Of a stretch of DNA of 64,000 bases, positions 9,903 to 20,275 are shown piece by piece. The notes below the pieces were generated by a model. That model was not told the origin of the DNA, made no database searches, and saw only the letters and a list, made by a program, of their open reading frames with translations. Position numbers and translations under genes: made by a program. The first letter of the stretch is position 1. Each line of letters starts with the position of its first letter. Source of the stretch: an uncultured Poribacteria bacterium. GTDB taxonomy: Bacteria; Poribacteria; WGA-4E; WGA-3G. The stretch covers positions 3,565,506 through 3,629,505 of the forward strand of contig OX638351.1 in NCBI GenBank assembly GCA_951813565.1. The letters run 5' to 3'.

Positions 9903-10994
9903 CTATTCAAGAGTCGCTTCATATATTTGGGCAAAGCCGCTTCTATCTGAGGTAAATACAACATACCGTCCATCAGGACTAAAAGACGGATGTGGATGCG
10001 TGTGCTGTGGTGCATACACTTGAATAGGACCATTTGCATAAGGAAATGGTCCGTTCCAATGTTCACCAATTGAAGAAGCACCCGGATAACAAAGTGTCTT
10101 CGGTTCACCTATTCCATCACGCGCGTCAAACGTTTGGATACCGATATCAGGAAAATTTGTATCTGCAACCATCAAAGTACCATCTTTGTTGCAGATGGCA
10201 TGCCATGCGTTGAACGTTGTTACCTGCCGTTCTTCTTCGGTGTCAACGTTAATACATCTCACACCTCGCGGCCAATCGACAAATGCAAGTTCACGCGTGC
10301 CCGGTATCCATGTTTCGTGCGTAATCCACTCATTTTTTTCGACATTTCGGGCATAAAGCCTTCGGTTTCCTGTGCCATCTCGATGAATAACCCACACGCG
10401 GTCGGTTAGCGGCCCTGCATAATAGAGTAGGTTAGAATCGTCAGGACAAAATTGGAGATGTGCGATGCTATCCCTACGAAGAATAATCTCGTGATCACCC
10501 GTCTCCGTCCCTACAATAGCAAGTGCAGACTCTGTGTCTACATTGAATCGGACTGCCCACCATTTATCATCGTGACTGAGTGCAGTTGTTCCCATCGCAG
10601 CAGCTACCATGCCCTTCTCATTCATTTTAGTTGCAGCAAAGTTAACCAATTCTTGCTCTTCCAACGTTTCCAAGTCAAGTCGCCAACCGCTTGTGTCGGC
10701 GGTGAAAAATACTGACCTCCCATTGTGTGACGGATGTATAGACCATTCACTTAAGTCGTGTCTGTCAGTCAGTTGACGGAGCTGACCAGTGTTACGTTCT
10801 TCAGCAAAAATCTGTGGCGTGCCGGTACGGTGTGATACAAAAATCAACCGCTGCATCGCGTCATCATACGCTGGAATAATAAAGAACGGATGATGATGGT
10901 GTGCAGAAGCCATCGTCACTTGGCGGATGCGTGTACCGGTACGTCTATCATAAAACGTTCGAGATTCGGGTGAATAAACAGTCCCTTTTGCCAT
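9903..10994 (-). CDS. ogl: Oligogalacturonate lyase family beta-propeller protein
   Basis: MAKG start, DRRTGTRIRQVT, WITHETW, HTHPHPSFSPDGRYVVFTSDRSG as in Ogl-family proteins. Confidence 0.72.
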   Translation of the reverse strand: MAKGTVYSPESRTFYDRRTGTRIRQVTMASAHHHHPFFIIPAYDDAMQRLIFVSHRTGTPQIFAEERNTGQLRQLTDRHDLSEWSIHPSHNGRSVFFTADTSGWRLDLETLEEQELVNFAATKMNEKGMVAAAMGTTALSHDDKWWAVRFNVDTESALAIVGTETGDHEIILRRDSIAHLQFCPDDSNLLYYAGPLTDRVWVIHRDGTGNRRLYARNVEKNEWITHETWIPGTRELAFVDWPRGVRCINVDTEEERQVTTFNAWHAICNKDGTLMVADTNFPDIGIQTFDARDGIGEPKTLCYPGASSIGEHWNGPFPYANGPIQVYAPQHTHPHPSFSPDGRYVVFTSDRSGFAQIYEATLE

Positions 10995-11057
10995 CTATTT
11001 GGTTCAAAAGTAGTGCATATATGAGCAGACATTGTATATATCTGCTCATTGTTATTT

Positions 11058-12062
11058 TTATTCTTCAAATGCGGCATCAAAGGCGACAGCAGAGGGTTCA
11101 AAATCATATCCCTTCACTGCACCACACGCTTCACGTGCGCCATGCTCGCGATCCATACCACTGTCTTCCCACTCAATGGAAAGCGGACCATCATAACCGA
11201 TATTGTTAAGCGCACGGATGATCTCTTCAAAATCAATATTGCCGCGTCCGATAGAGCGGAAATCCCAGAAACGTTTTGAATCACCGAAGTTCAAATGTCC
11301 ACCAAATACACCTGACAAACGTGGTGTTTCTGCCCACCAAACATCCTTCATGTGAACATGATAGATACGATCACTTAAGCGTTCAATAAATGCTACATAA
11401 TCAACGCCTTGATATCCAAGGTGACTGGGATCATAGTTGAAGCCGAAGGTTTCTCTGCCGTCAAGTGCCTCAATAGCGCGCTCAGCGGTCACAATGTCAA
11501 ATGCAATTTCAGTCGGATGGACTTCAAGCCCGAACTTAACACCAACCTCATCAAAAACATCAAAGATTGGATTCCAACGGTCCGCAAAATCTTCAAAGCC
11601 TGCGTCAATCTGCGCGGAGTCAACCGGTGGAAATGAGTAGAGTAGATGCCATATAGAACTGCCTGTAAAGCCGTTTACGACATCAACACCGAGTTTCGCT
11701 GCAGCGCGGGCAGTATTTTTCATCTCTTCTGCTGCGCGTTCCTGAACACCAGCGGGATCACCATCGCCCCAAATCTGTTCTGATATAATTCCTTGGTGTC
11801 GACTATCAATATTATCGCAAACCGCTTGCCCAACAAGGTGATTGCTGATTGACCAAACCTTCAATCCGTAATTTGCCAGCAGATCATGTCTGCCTTGACA
11901 GTAACTGTCGTCAGAAAGTGCTTTGTCTGTCTCAAAATGGTCGCCCCAGCAAGCAAGTTCCAAACCGTCGTATCCCCACTCGCTGGCTTTTTTTGCTAAA
12001 TCTTCAAGTGTCAGGTCTGCCCACTGTCCTGTAAACAGAGTCACAGGTCTTGCCATATTCAT
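11058..12062 (-). CDS. Sugar phosphate isomerase/epimerase (xylose isomerase-like TIM barrel)
   Basis: [36 protein letters not shown] metal-binding motifs. Confidence 0.85.
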   Translation of the reverse strand: MNMARPVTLFTGQWADLTLEDLAKKASEWGYDGLELACWGDHFETDKALSDDSYCQGRHDLLANYGLKVWSISNHLVGQAVCDNIDSRHQGIISEQIWGDGDPAGVQERAAEEMKNTARAAAKLGVDVVNGFTGSSIWHLLYSFPPVDSAQIDAGFEDFADRWNPIFDVFDEVGVKFGLEVHPTEIAFDIVTAERAIEALDGRETFGFNYDPSHLGYQGVDYVAFIERLSDRIYHVHMKDVWWAETPRLSGVFGGHLNFGDSKRFWDFRSIGRGNIDFEEIIRALNNIGYDGPLSIEWEDSGMDREHGAREACGAVKGYDFEPSAVAFDAAFEE

Positions 12063-12110
12063 TCTCCTTCATTGTATGCGGGGATTGTAACCCCGATTTG
12101 CCTATCTCAT

Positions 12111-12240
12111 TCTTGTGGGAGGGGTTTTCAACCCCGATATTCTTAGAAAACCAATCTCTTGTGGGAGGAGTTTTCAACCCCGATATTCTTAGAAAACTAA
12201 TCTCTTGTGGGAGGGGTTTTCAACCCCGATATTCTTAGAA
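12111..12240. repeat. Tandem array of a 46-bp REP-containing unit (about 2.8 copies)
   Basis: Unit tcttgtgggaggggttttcaaccccgatattcttagaaaa(c/t)... starts at 12111, 12157 and 12203. Confidence 0.9.
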
Positions 12241-12244
12241 CATA

Positions 12245-13417
12245 TTACGCGGGTGGTGTATAACTCGCATCAACCCAACCGCGCTGTTTTCCACTTTGGA
12301 CTGCGGTATTGATGAAATGGACACCGCGGGCACCGTCTTGAACCGTCGGAAAATCTGTGTCAAATTCACCGGGGGATTCACCCGCAATTTTGGCTGCCAT
12401 TGTGCGAGAAGCATTGACATAGATGTTCGCGAATGCCTCAATAAACGCCTCTGGATGTCCGAACGGAATCCGAGAATTGTGTTGCACAATTTCTGCAAGG
12501 TAATCGTTGCCACGTTTATAGACCTGTTCTGGTCCGTCAGGGAAACGAACAGAGAGATAATTCGGGTTTTCTTGATGCCATTCCAGTGATGCTTCTGTTC
12601 CGTATACGCGGATACGAAGGTTATTTTCTTCGCCTACTGAGATTTGTGAAGCAAACAAAATACCGCGGACACCGCTTTCATAATGAACCAAGAGATTTCC
12701 ATCGTCCTCTAACAAACGTCCTTGGACAAAAGTGGTCATGTCAGCACATATCTCTTCCATTTCAAGCCCAGTGATATAGTGTGCCAAATTCTCTGCGTGT
12801 GAGCCAATGTCTCCGATACACGATGAGGCACCCGCTTGTTTAGGATCTGTCCGCCATACAGCTTGCTTTGCACCTTCGTTTTCCAGAAATGTGGAAAGCC
12901 ATCCTTGCGGATATTCAACGACTATTTTGCGAATTGTGCCGAGCTTTCCCTCTTTTATCAGTTCACGGGCTTGCTTAACCATCGGGTAACCTGTGTAATT
13001 GTGGGTCAGCGCAAAGACTACATCATGTAACTTAACAAGACGACAGAGGGATTCGGCGTCTTCAACTGTTGTTGTCATCGGTTTATCACAGACAACATGG
13101 AATCCTGCTTCTATGAAGGTTTTCGCGACATCAAAATGAACATGATTTGGCGTGACGATTGAGACAAAATCTATGCGTTCACCTTCAGGAAATTGGCTCT
13201 CTTTTTCTGCCATCTCCTTATATGAACCGTAAACTCTGTTTGCATCAAGAAAGAGTTCAGCACCCTGTTGTCGTGATTTCTCAGGCGAAGATGAAAAAGC
13301 ACCAGCAACTAAGTCTATTTCACCATCAAGTGCCGCAGCTTTTCGATGCACAGCCCCAATGAATGCATCCGGTCCACCGCCTACCATTCCATAACGTATT
13401 TTCCTACCAAGTGGCAT
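12245..13417 (-). CDS. Gfo/Idh/MocA family oxidoreductase
   Basis: GMVGGGPDAFIG, VTPNHVH, VVCDKP, GDIGSHA. Confidence 0.88.
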   Translation of the reverse strand: MPLGRKIRYGMVGGGPDAFIGAVHRKAAALDGEIDLVAGAFSSSPEKSRQQGAELFLDANRVYGSYKEMAEKESQFPEGERIDFVSIVTPNHVHFDVAKTFIEAGFHVVCDKPMTTTVEDAESLCRLVKLHDVVFALTHNYTGYPMVKQARELIKEGKLGTIRKIVVEYPQGWLSTFLENEGAKQAVWRTDPKQAGASSCIGDIGSHAENLAHYITGLEMEEICADMTTFVQGRLLEDDGNLLVHYESGVRGILFASQISVGEENNLRIRVYGTEASLEWHQENPNYLSVRFPDGPEQVYKRGNDYLAEIVQHNSRIPFGHPEAFIEAFANIYVNASRTMAAKIAGESPGEFDTDFPTVQDGARGVHFINTAVQSGKQRGWVDASYTPPA

Positions 13418-13723
13418 ATTGCGTATCCACTCCTTATATTCGGTGTGCGATTACATCTGCATGCTACAACCTGCGATATATCAACACACGTGATAAATAA
13501 TTTCTTTAGTTTAAGAATTATCTCATAATTTTCCATTTTTTTCAAGGTATTTTTGAAGAGCAGACCTGATAATTCAGTTATTGGTTGTCTGATTCGCGGA
13601 TTGTCTGCATTAATAACAATAATACCATCAAAAATATTGGAAACCATGGTTCAGACAAAATCAACAAATCAGCACAGTGGCACAATTTTGCCAGAGCTGT
13701 TCATTTGTCACGAAGTGCTCTTA

Positions 13724-13939
13724 ATAGGAGGGTTTTAACCCCGATATGGTGCGTAGGTTGGATAGAGCGCAGCGAAACCCAATCTACACTATGAATACCT
13801 TTGGCAGAATACGCTTTTGGTATTCTGTATGATTCAGCCAAATCAACGCCAAATGCGCTTTTTGGCATTCCTTGGAGACCCTTTACAATAAGGGTGGGCA
13901 TTTGGAAAGAAATCGGGGTTGAAAACCCCTCCTACAAGA
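13724..13939. repeat. Composite REP cluster with inverted outer REPs and internal mini-hairpins
   Basis: taggagggttttaaccccgat ... atcggggttgaaaacccctcctaca enclose a gtaggttggatagagc REP and aaatcaacgccaaatgcgctttttggcattc (13840-13870). Confidence 0.65.
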
Positions 13940-13989
13940 AAAAGCAACGGTTAATGACAAAAACTTTACACACTTTTACGATTTTTCTC

Positions 13990-14018
13990 TTGACTTAAGT
14001 TTTTAAATAGGATATAAT
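13990..14018 (+). promoter_or_regulatory. Sigma70-type promoter upstream of the DUF1501 gene
   Basis: TTGACT (13990-13995), 17-bp spacer, TATAAT (14013-14018); AGGAGG RBS before ATG 14170. Confidence 0.7.
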
Positions 14019-14169
14019 TAAATAATTTCATATCGTGAAGTGCGGTTAGGAAGGTTTTCCGCTCCAAATTTCGTTTCATGACCTTAGGTAAAAACCCTCA
14101 TCGTAATATGTAAAAACGTAGTATAAAAGAGAAGTTCAACCTGTTAGCCAAAATATTAGGAGGACACCT

Positions 14170-15483
14170 ATGTCCGAAAGAAACTGCACACTCACAGACT
14201 GCGAAGGATTTTATCGCAGAGATCTAATTAAAGCTGGTGTTCTTGGTCTTTTCGGCTTCAGCCTCACCGACTTTTTCCGACTCAAAGCCGTAGCTGAACC
14301 TACTGCCAAACCAGCATCCGCCAAATCAGTTATTCTCGTATGGTTAGGCGGCGGGCCAAGTCACCTTGATATGTGGGATCTCAAGCCAAATGCCCCTGAA
14401 GAGATCCGAGGTCTGTTCAAACCTATTTCCACAAATGTTACTGGTATTCAAATCAGTGAACACATGCCGAGGCTTGCACAGCAGACAGATAAACTGTGTA
14501 TCATCCGCTCAATGACTTCTCCAGAGGCTGCACATGAGCGTGGCACACACTATATGATAACAGGTTACCAACCGTTGCCCGGCTTTGCTGTTCCTGGTCA
14601 CGGTGCTGTCGTTTCAAAACTCAAGGAACAACGTAGCGCATTGCCACCTTACATAGCAATTCCATCACCTGTTGCTTATGCTGGTGGAGGTTTCTTAGGT
14701 GCATCGTTGGCGCCGTTCTCTCCAGATGGTAACCCCGCAAGCAATAATTTCAAAGTGCGCGATTTAGAACCCCCGAAAGGTGTTACTTACGAACGCGTTG
14801 AGGACCGAAAGGACCTGCGACAAGCCGTTGATAATGCCTTTAAGAAATACGAGGCAGGGAATCCAAGGGTTGAAGCGATGGATAATTTCTATAACGCAGC
14901 TTACAACCTCATGAGTTCCGAAGATGCTCGCGCTGCATTTGATCTCAAAAATGAACCGAAGCAGATGCGCGATGCATACCGACGCGACACATTTGGGCAA
15001 AGCTGCCTCCTTGCACGAAGACTTGTTGAAGCTGGGGTTAACTTTGTCACTGTTAGTAATGGCGGTTGGGATAACCACAACAACATCTTCTCATCTCTGC
15101 CGGGGAAACTCAACGCCTTTGACCAGACAATGGCAACCCTGATTAACGATCTCTCTGAGCGCGGAATGCTTGAAAGCACACTGGTTATCGCCATGGGTGA
15201 ATTCGGTAGAACCCCTGTCATCAACCGAAACGGAGGCCGTGACCATCATCCTCGCGTTTTCTCTATCATGTTAGCAGGTGGCGGCGTTCAAGGTGGGCAA
15301 GTTGTCGGCGCATCCGATCCATTTGGGATGGAACCTGCCGAAACACCCGTCCGACCTGAAGACTTGTCGGCAACTATCTACCAGAGTCTCGGCATTGATT
15401 ATAATCAGAGCATTGAATCGCCTGATGGTGTCCGCATCGTGCTTTCACGTGGTGGACGTCCGGTCCGGGGTGTCTTGGCTTAG
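14170..15483 (+). CDS. DUF1501 domain protein (probable Tat substrate)
   Basis: RRDLIKAG twin-arginine leader; WLGGGPSHLDMWDLKP, FGQSCLLARRLVEAGV, GGWDNH, MGEFGRTP, GRDHHP. Confidence 0.9.
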   Translation: MSERNCTLTDCEGFYRRDLIKAGVLGLFGFSLTDFFRLKAVAEPTAKPASAKSVILVWLGGGPSHLDMWDLKPNAPEEIRGLFKPISTNVTGIQISEHMPRLAQQTDKLCIIRSMTSPEAAHERGTHYMITGYQPLPGFAVPGHGAVVSKLKEQRSALPPYIAIPSPVAYAGGGFLGASLAPFSPDGNPASNNFKVRDLEPPKGVTYERVEDRKDLRQAVDNAFKKYEAGNPRVEAMDNFYNAAYNLMSSEDARAAFDLKNEPKQMRDAYRRDTFGQSCLLARRLVEAGVNFVTVSNGGWDNHNNIFSSLPGKLNAFDQTMATLINDLSERGMLESTLVIAMGEFGRTPVINRNGGRDHHPRVFSIMLAGGGVQGGQVVGASDPFGMEPAETPVRPEDLSATIYQSLGIDYNQSIESPDGVRIVLSRGGRPVRGVLA

Positions 15484-15611
15484 GTAAAATAACATTTACC
15501 ACACTTGTAGTACGGGACAGCAAACGTCTTGATAGCAATGTTGATCTCGTACTACCTGCTGCTAACAGAAGTTGGTGTATAGTTGTCTGGATTACAGATG
15601 ACGCAGGGAAC

Positions 15612-15666
15612 TTGTAGTAGCAGAATTTGTTGCACGTCCTACTGACGGTCAATTTCCTACTACAAA
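15612..15666. repeat. REP-like inverted pair
   Basis: ttgtagtag ... ctactacaa ends. Confidence 0.4.
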
Positions 15667-15719
15667 CCCCTCTATCATTCCATCACAAATGAACCTCCTC
15701 GTTAACTCTGGATGAGACC

Positions 15720-16769
15720 ATGAAAAACCGTAATTACAACACCCTTCCTTTGTTCGTTGTCTTGATACTTACATGCTCTGCAGTGCTTGGGACTATAGCA
15801 CAAACAGATGATGAACCCTTACAAGAAAAAAAGAAAACGTTATCACCTATCTGGTCACTTGAATTTAGTCCTGATGGCAAAACACTTGCTGTGGGAAAAT
15901 ATCAGTGGGTAGAGCTTTGGGACCTTGAAACCAAGGAGATGATACACGTCTATGAACCACACGCCGGACGAGTACGCTGTCTCAAGTTTTCAACGGATGG
16001 CAAAATGTTATACGCTGGCGGCGGTCAGGCAGCGCAAAGTGGTGAAATCCGTCTCTGGGATGTTGCTTCAGAGGAACTCATCAAAACGTTCGAAATTCAC
16101 GGTGACACCATTGAATCTATCGCTATCAGTCCAGATAACGCTAAATTACTCACCGCGAGCATGGACGAATTTAGCACTGTCATTGACTTAGAAAAACTTG
16201 ATGAAAATACGCCTATAGACGAACAAGCAAAATGGTTAACACAACACGTTGGAAGAGTGCTTAGCACACTTTACCATCCAAACGGCAACTACTTTGTCAC
16301 CGGTAGTGAAGATAAGACCCTAAAAGTGTGGAACCCAGAAGACTATACGGTGCTCGTGAGTTTTGATGGAAACGATGACTCAGTTTACTCGCTCGCCTAC
16401 GCAACACAAGAAAACCTTATTATTTCTGGTTCTGCTGATAACGTAGTCCGGTCATGGAGAGTCACGCAGAACAATGGTAATACCCGCGGCGCGCTTGCTC
16501 GACAATACGGCGGACATAGAGGTCCTGTTTATAGTGTTGACTGTGGTGTTTGGAACAACCAAGAAGTTATCGTATCCGGTAGTGCCGACACTTCTGTGAT
16601 TATATGGAACATCGGCAGCGGCAATCGGGTCCGAACCTTTAGTGAGTCTACAGATGCTGTCTATGTTGTACGCATAAGCCGTGATGGCACTCGCGTCGCC
16701 GCTGGCAGCCGAGATGGAAAAGTTCGAATCTGGAATATCAGGAACAATAGATTAACCCACGAATTCTAA
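15720..16769 (+). CDS. Exported WD40-repeat protein
   Basis: Signal peptide; repeated H-x-x-x-V ... SGSxDxTVxxW units. Confidence 0.88.
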   Translation: MKNRNYNTLPLFVVLILTCSAVLGTIAQTDDEPLQEKKKTLSPIWSLEFSPDGKTLAVGKYQWVELWDLETKEMIHVYEPHAGRVRCLKFSTDGKMLYAGGGQAAQSGEIRLWDVASEELIKTFEIHGDTIESIAISPDNAKLLTASMDEFSTVIDLEKLDENTPIDEQAKWLTQHVGRVLSTLYHPNGNYFVTGSEDKTLKVWNPEDYTVLVSFDGNDDSVYSLAYATQENLIISGSADNVVRSWRVTQNNGNTRGALARQYGGHRGPVYSVDCGVWNNQEVIVSGSADTSVIIWNIGSGNRVRTFSESTDAVYVVRISRDGTRVAAGSRDGKVRIWNIRNNRLTHEF

Positions 16770-16804
16770 GATTATTATAGTGGAAACGTTGTCCCGAATT
16801 CTGC

Positions 16805-17064
16805 CTATTATAACGTGAGTTTGATAATTAGATTGAATATAGTCCGTTGGGTAGAGCGGACGTGAAACCCAACAATTCAACCGCCTTGAGAGTCCTAAAG
16901 AGTTGGGTTTCACTTATTTTTTCAGAAATGTAGACCTCAAATGGGTCAACAACTTCTCTTTAGAGGCTGTTTTTTATCGCCCATTTTCGTTCTACCCCAC
17001 CGAATGCCATAGGCGCATTCGGTGTTGATTCCCTACGGGATTTATCAAACTCACGTTATTATAG
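16805..17064. mobile_element. TA-flanked MITE, family A, second copy
   Basis: Inverted ends taacgtgagtttgataa (16811-16827) / ttatcaaactcacgtta (17042-17058), matching the 2278 element; different interior. Confidence 0.72.
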
Positions 17065-17154
17065 TTGTTAATTATTTGATTTTCGGTACGGAAAAGGTTT
17101 CCTTGACTGACACCGATAACTGAATGCTGAAAGCTACTTTGGAGGTAACATGCC

Positions 17155-20151
17155 ATGCGTGTCAATAAAATAAATATTCTTTTAGGTCTAAATCAACACC
17201 GCAATTCGCGATCAAGGTGGCATTTGGAATCCCTTCTACGTTTGCTACTTATCGTCTCTATGTGTGCACCGATTTCTGTATTCGCGCAAGCCACACCACG
17301 ACTGAATTCTCTCTTTCCCGCTGGGGCACAAACAGGAAAAAACGTTGAAGTGAAAATTCAAGGTTCAGATTTGGATGGCGCACATACCCTCATTGTTGAA
17401 GGCGACCCTGGTATTACCGGCACACTCAACACAGGCGGCGGGGATGTTGATGAAACCCATAAACCTGTTTTTGAAACAAATTGTGGGCAGTGTCATGAGC
17501 TCCGTTCTCCAAGCAACCGTTCTATGACTGCAACACAGTGGGAAGCAGTCGTCCAACGCATGGTCCGAGACAAAGGCGCGGAAATCAGTGATGACGATCA
17601 AACCAAAATCGTTCACTACCTTAAATCCGCTGCGAGAGCAAGTGGTGGAATGACTGCCGAGTTAGTAATCGCCCCCGATGCGCCAATCGGTGTCCGTGAA
17701 ATTCGTATCGTTGGCAAAAACGGCGCATCTACTGCATGGCCTTTTGAAATCACAGATGTGCCCGACACTGTCGAAATCGAATCCAATAACCTTGCTGAAT
17801 CTGCCACTACAATAGAATTGCCTATTATTATCAACGGCGTTGTCAGTTCAGGCGGCGATGAAGATTTTTTCACCTTTCAGGGAACCAAAGGTGATCGATG
17901 TGTTTTCAATGTAAAAGCGTATCGATATAACAACATTAGCCAACAGTTCTTCAATCCGACAATATCACTTTTTGATGCACAAGGCAAAGAACTTGCGCGG
18001 AGCAACGGATTCTATAGCCTTGACCCACTTATTGACTTCACGTTACCCGAAGATGGCGCCTATTTTCTACGCATCCGAGACCTGCTCTATCGTGGAAATC
18101 CAGATTCTGTCTACCGTTTGACAAGCGGTGTTGTTCCTTACAACACCTATATTTATCCAACAGGTGGAACAATTGGAAACGTAATCAAAACCACAATTGG
18201 TGGCGAAAATCTTCCAGAAACTGAGTGGGAAGTCAAACTACCGAGTGATCAACAACCAGGCGTTAAACTCATCCGTACACCTTACGGAATTTTCCCATTT
18301 TTCGCCAACAAGTACTCTGAAGAAATTGAACGTTCACTTGAGGAAGCTACCCACAACCAAACTGTTGATGTAGAAGAAAACGAAACGCATGCCAAAAATG
18401 CCGAGTCCGAGATTCTTTTCCAAACCAAATGCACCGCATGCCACGAACTTCGTTCACCGAATAACCGCGCACTAACCGCTGAACAGTGGGAAAACACTAT
18501 CATACGAATGGCGGAAAAAGAGAACGCGGACATTACAACCACGGATCGTGATAGAATTATTGCCTTTGTTGCTGAGGAAGTCGTCCGCATGGGACAACTC
18601 ATTGCCAAACAGATTGAAGTCTCGCAACATATTACAACCCCTGGAGCAATCAGTGGTCGTGTCTCTAAACCGGGTGAGGTGGACTATTACCGCTTTACAA
18701 TTGAAGAAGGTTCTCGTCTCGGACCTTGGTGGGTTATCCATCCATTTGATAATACAGACGAAAAAGGGTTTGATACCGTCTATCCTCCTGAAGTCGAAAT
18801 TGATCTTAAAAAAGACTACATCGGCAAAGATGGACGAAAAATTAGATGGTATAGGACTAACCGCAGAGGTGAAAATGTCTTCTCGAATGTACCAGAAGAT
18901 GATGTGACTGGATATGCTTTAACTTACTTTGAATCTGAACGCGACCAGAAGTATCTCTTGTCCCTCGGTTCTGATGATACGATTAAGATATGGGTAAACG
19001 ATCAATTGATCTTCAGTAAATACGTACATCGAGCGCTTAGGCGGGGAGACGATGTTATTGAGTTACCCATTTCCAAAGGCAGAAATAAAATTCTGTTTAA
19101 GATTACAAATGGTTATGGTCCCTGGGGCTTTTTCGCTGACATTGGCGGTTATTCCATTGTTCTATCCGCAGAAAACCTTAATTCACCTTTGAGTCCTTCG
19201 TTAACCTTGTTGAACGCTGCAGGTAGGGTGTTAAGGAATAACGCTGGTAGAGGTGGTAGACGGAATGCGATTATTGATTACAGTTTTGCACAACCGGGTG
19301 TCTATGCTCTCCGTGTTGAAGATATTACCGGTAAAGGTGGAGACGGTTATGTCTACCATTTAGATGTCCATCCAACTACACCTGACTTTGCTATCTCAGT
19401 GACTCCTGACAATCCAAATATTGGTCGCAGCGGCACAGTACTCTTAGAAGTTACATTACAGCGAAGAGTTGGGTTTACTGAACCGATACAGCTCTCTGTT
19501 GAAAATCTTCCGCCCGGTATTTCAGCAAGCCAGAGTGCTATCCTCTCTGAAGGCGGAAATGAACAAGGTTATCTCACCCTCACTGCTTCGCCAGATGCCG
19601 AATTAGTATACAGCGTTGTTCAAGTAGTCGGCACCGTCACAACAACATCTGGACATCAGATACGGCGTGCCGCTACGCCAGTGGAGGTATATCGCATTCG
19701 GAACAATGATCGAACTGTTCAACGGAAAAACATTGTCGTCAGTGTAACAGAGTCTTCACCTATTATTGTTTCTACTACCCCTGACGAAGTCGTGGTAACC
19801 CCGGATGGACCGGTTAACATTACCGTAAAAGTTGATCGACGGAAGGGCAACCGACAAAACATAAACTTGACTGCAGTCGGTTTACCTACTGGTGTAAGAC
19901 TCCAACGTCAGACAACCGTACTCCGAAGAGGCGCATCCGAAGCAACATTAACGCTTGTTCCGAATATCGTCTCCAGTGGAACAGAAGAATTGCGACAAAA
20001 TCCATTTATTGGAAATAAGCAGACACGCCCGTATACCTTTGTCGTTAATGCTTCGGTTGGAAATCGACGTATCGCAAGCAGTCCTGCTGTGAAGCTCTGG
20101 CTCGGAAACCCATCAAGCTCTGATGAGCAGGCAAAATTAGAAGGAAATTAA
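17155..20151 (+). CDS. Large exported PPC-domain protein with two inserted c-type cytochrome domains
   Basis: LFPAGAQTG and PPC-type repeats (DEDFFTFQG...DPLIDFTLPEDGAYFLRIRD); heme motifs CGQCH and CTACH in duplicated ~65-aa units. Confidence 0.75.
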   Translation: MRVNKINILLGLNQHRNSRSRWHLESLLRLLLIVSMCAPISVFAQATPRLNSLFPAGAQTGKNVEVKIQGSDLDGAHTLIVEGDPGITGTLNTGGGDVDETHKPVFETNCGQCHELRSPSNRSMTATQWEAVVQRMVRDKGAEISDDDQTKIVHYLKSAARASGGMTAELVIAPDAPIGVREIRIVGKNGASTAWPFEITDVPDTVEIESNNLAESATTIELPIIINGVVSSGGDEDFFTFQGTKGDRCVFNVKAYRYNNISQQFFNPTISLFDAQGKELARSNGFYSLDPLIDFTLPEDGAYFLRIRDLLYRGNPDSVYRLTSGVVPYNTYIYPTGGTIGNVIKTTIGGENLPETEWEVKLPSDQQPGVKLIRTPYGIFPFFANKYSEEIERSLEEATHNQTVDVEENETHAKNAESEILFQTKCTACHELRSPNNRALTAEQWENTIIRMAEKENADITTTDRDRIIAFVAEEVVRMGQLIAKQIEVSQHITTPGAISGRVSKPGEVDYYRFTIEEGSRLGPWWVIHPFDNTDEKGFDTVYPPEVEIDLKKDYIGKDGRKIRWYRTNRRGENVFSNVPEDDVTGYALTYFESERDQKYLLSLGSDDTIKIWVNDQLIFSKYVHRALRRGDDVIELPISKGRNKILFKITNGYGPWGFFADIGGYSIVLSAENLNSPLSPSLTLLNAAGRVLRNNAGRGGRRNAIIDYSFAQPGVYALRVEDITGKGGDGYVYHLDVHPTTPDFAISVTPDNPNIGRSGTVLLEVTLQRRVGFTEPIQLSVENLPPGISASQSAILSEGGNEQGYLTLTASPDAELVYSVVQVVGTVTTTSGHQIRRAATPVEVYRIRNNDRTVQRKNIVVSVTESSPIIVSTTPDEVVVTPDGPVNITVKVDRRKGNRQNINLTAVGLPTGVRLQRQTTVLRRGASEATLTLVPNIVSSGTEELRQNPFIGNKQTRPYTFVVNASVGNRRIASSPAVKLWLGNPSSSDEQAKLEGN

Positions 20152-20191
20152 TCCTGCCATCTTCTATTTTGCACAATGCTTTGAAAACGTT

Positions 20192-20230
20192 AAGGCGAGG
20201 TCTGTGCCTCGCCTTCTACATTTTTCTTTA
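20192..20230 (+). terminator. Probable terminator or REP-like hairpin
   Basis: aaggcgagg/cctcgcctt stem followed by a T-rich tract. Confidence 0.5.
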
Positions 20231-20275
20231 ACCTTGTCTAAATGATACTTTCTAACTTTATTTGCGGAGGTGTGA

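Noticed and set aside
12111..12240. CRISPR array
   Set aside because: The sequence between the palindromes is essentially identical in each unit, so there are no unique spacers, and no cas genes are present.
13381..13794. Short ORFs in the divergent intergenic region
   Set aside because: No recognisable motifs or RBS, and they overlap repeats or neighbouring genes. A gene remnant cannot be excluded.
13960..13977. Possible IS256-type MITE end (aaaactttacacac)
   Set aside because: No matching opposite TIR or TSD was found.
14025..14165. Riboswitch in the ~145-nt leader of the DUF1501 gene
   Set aside because: Only a weak hairpin is visible and no known aptamer consensus was recognised. An Rfam search would be needed.
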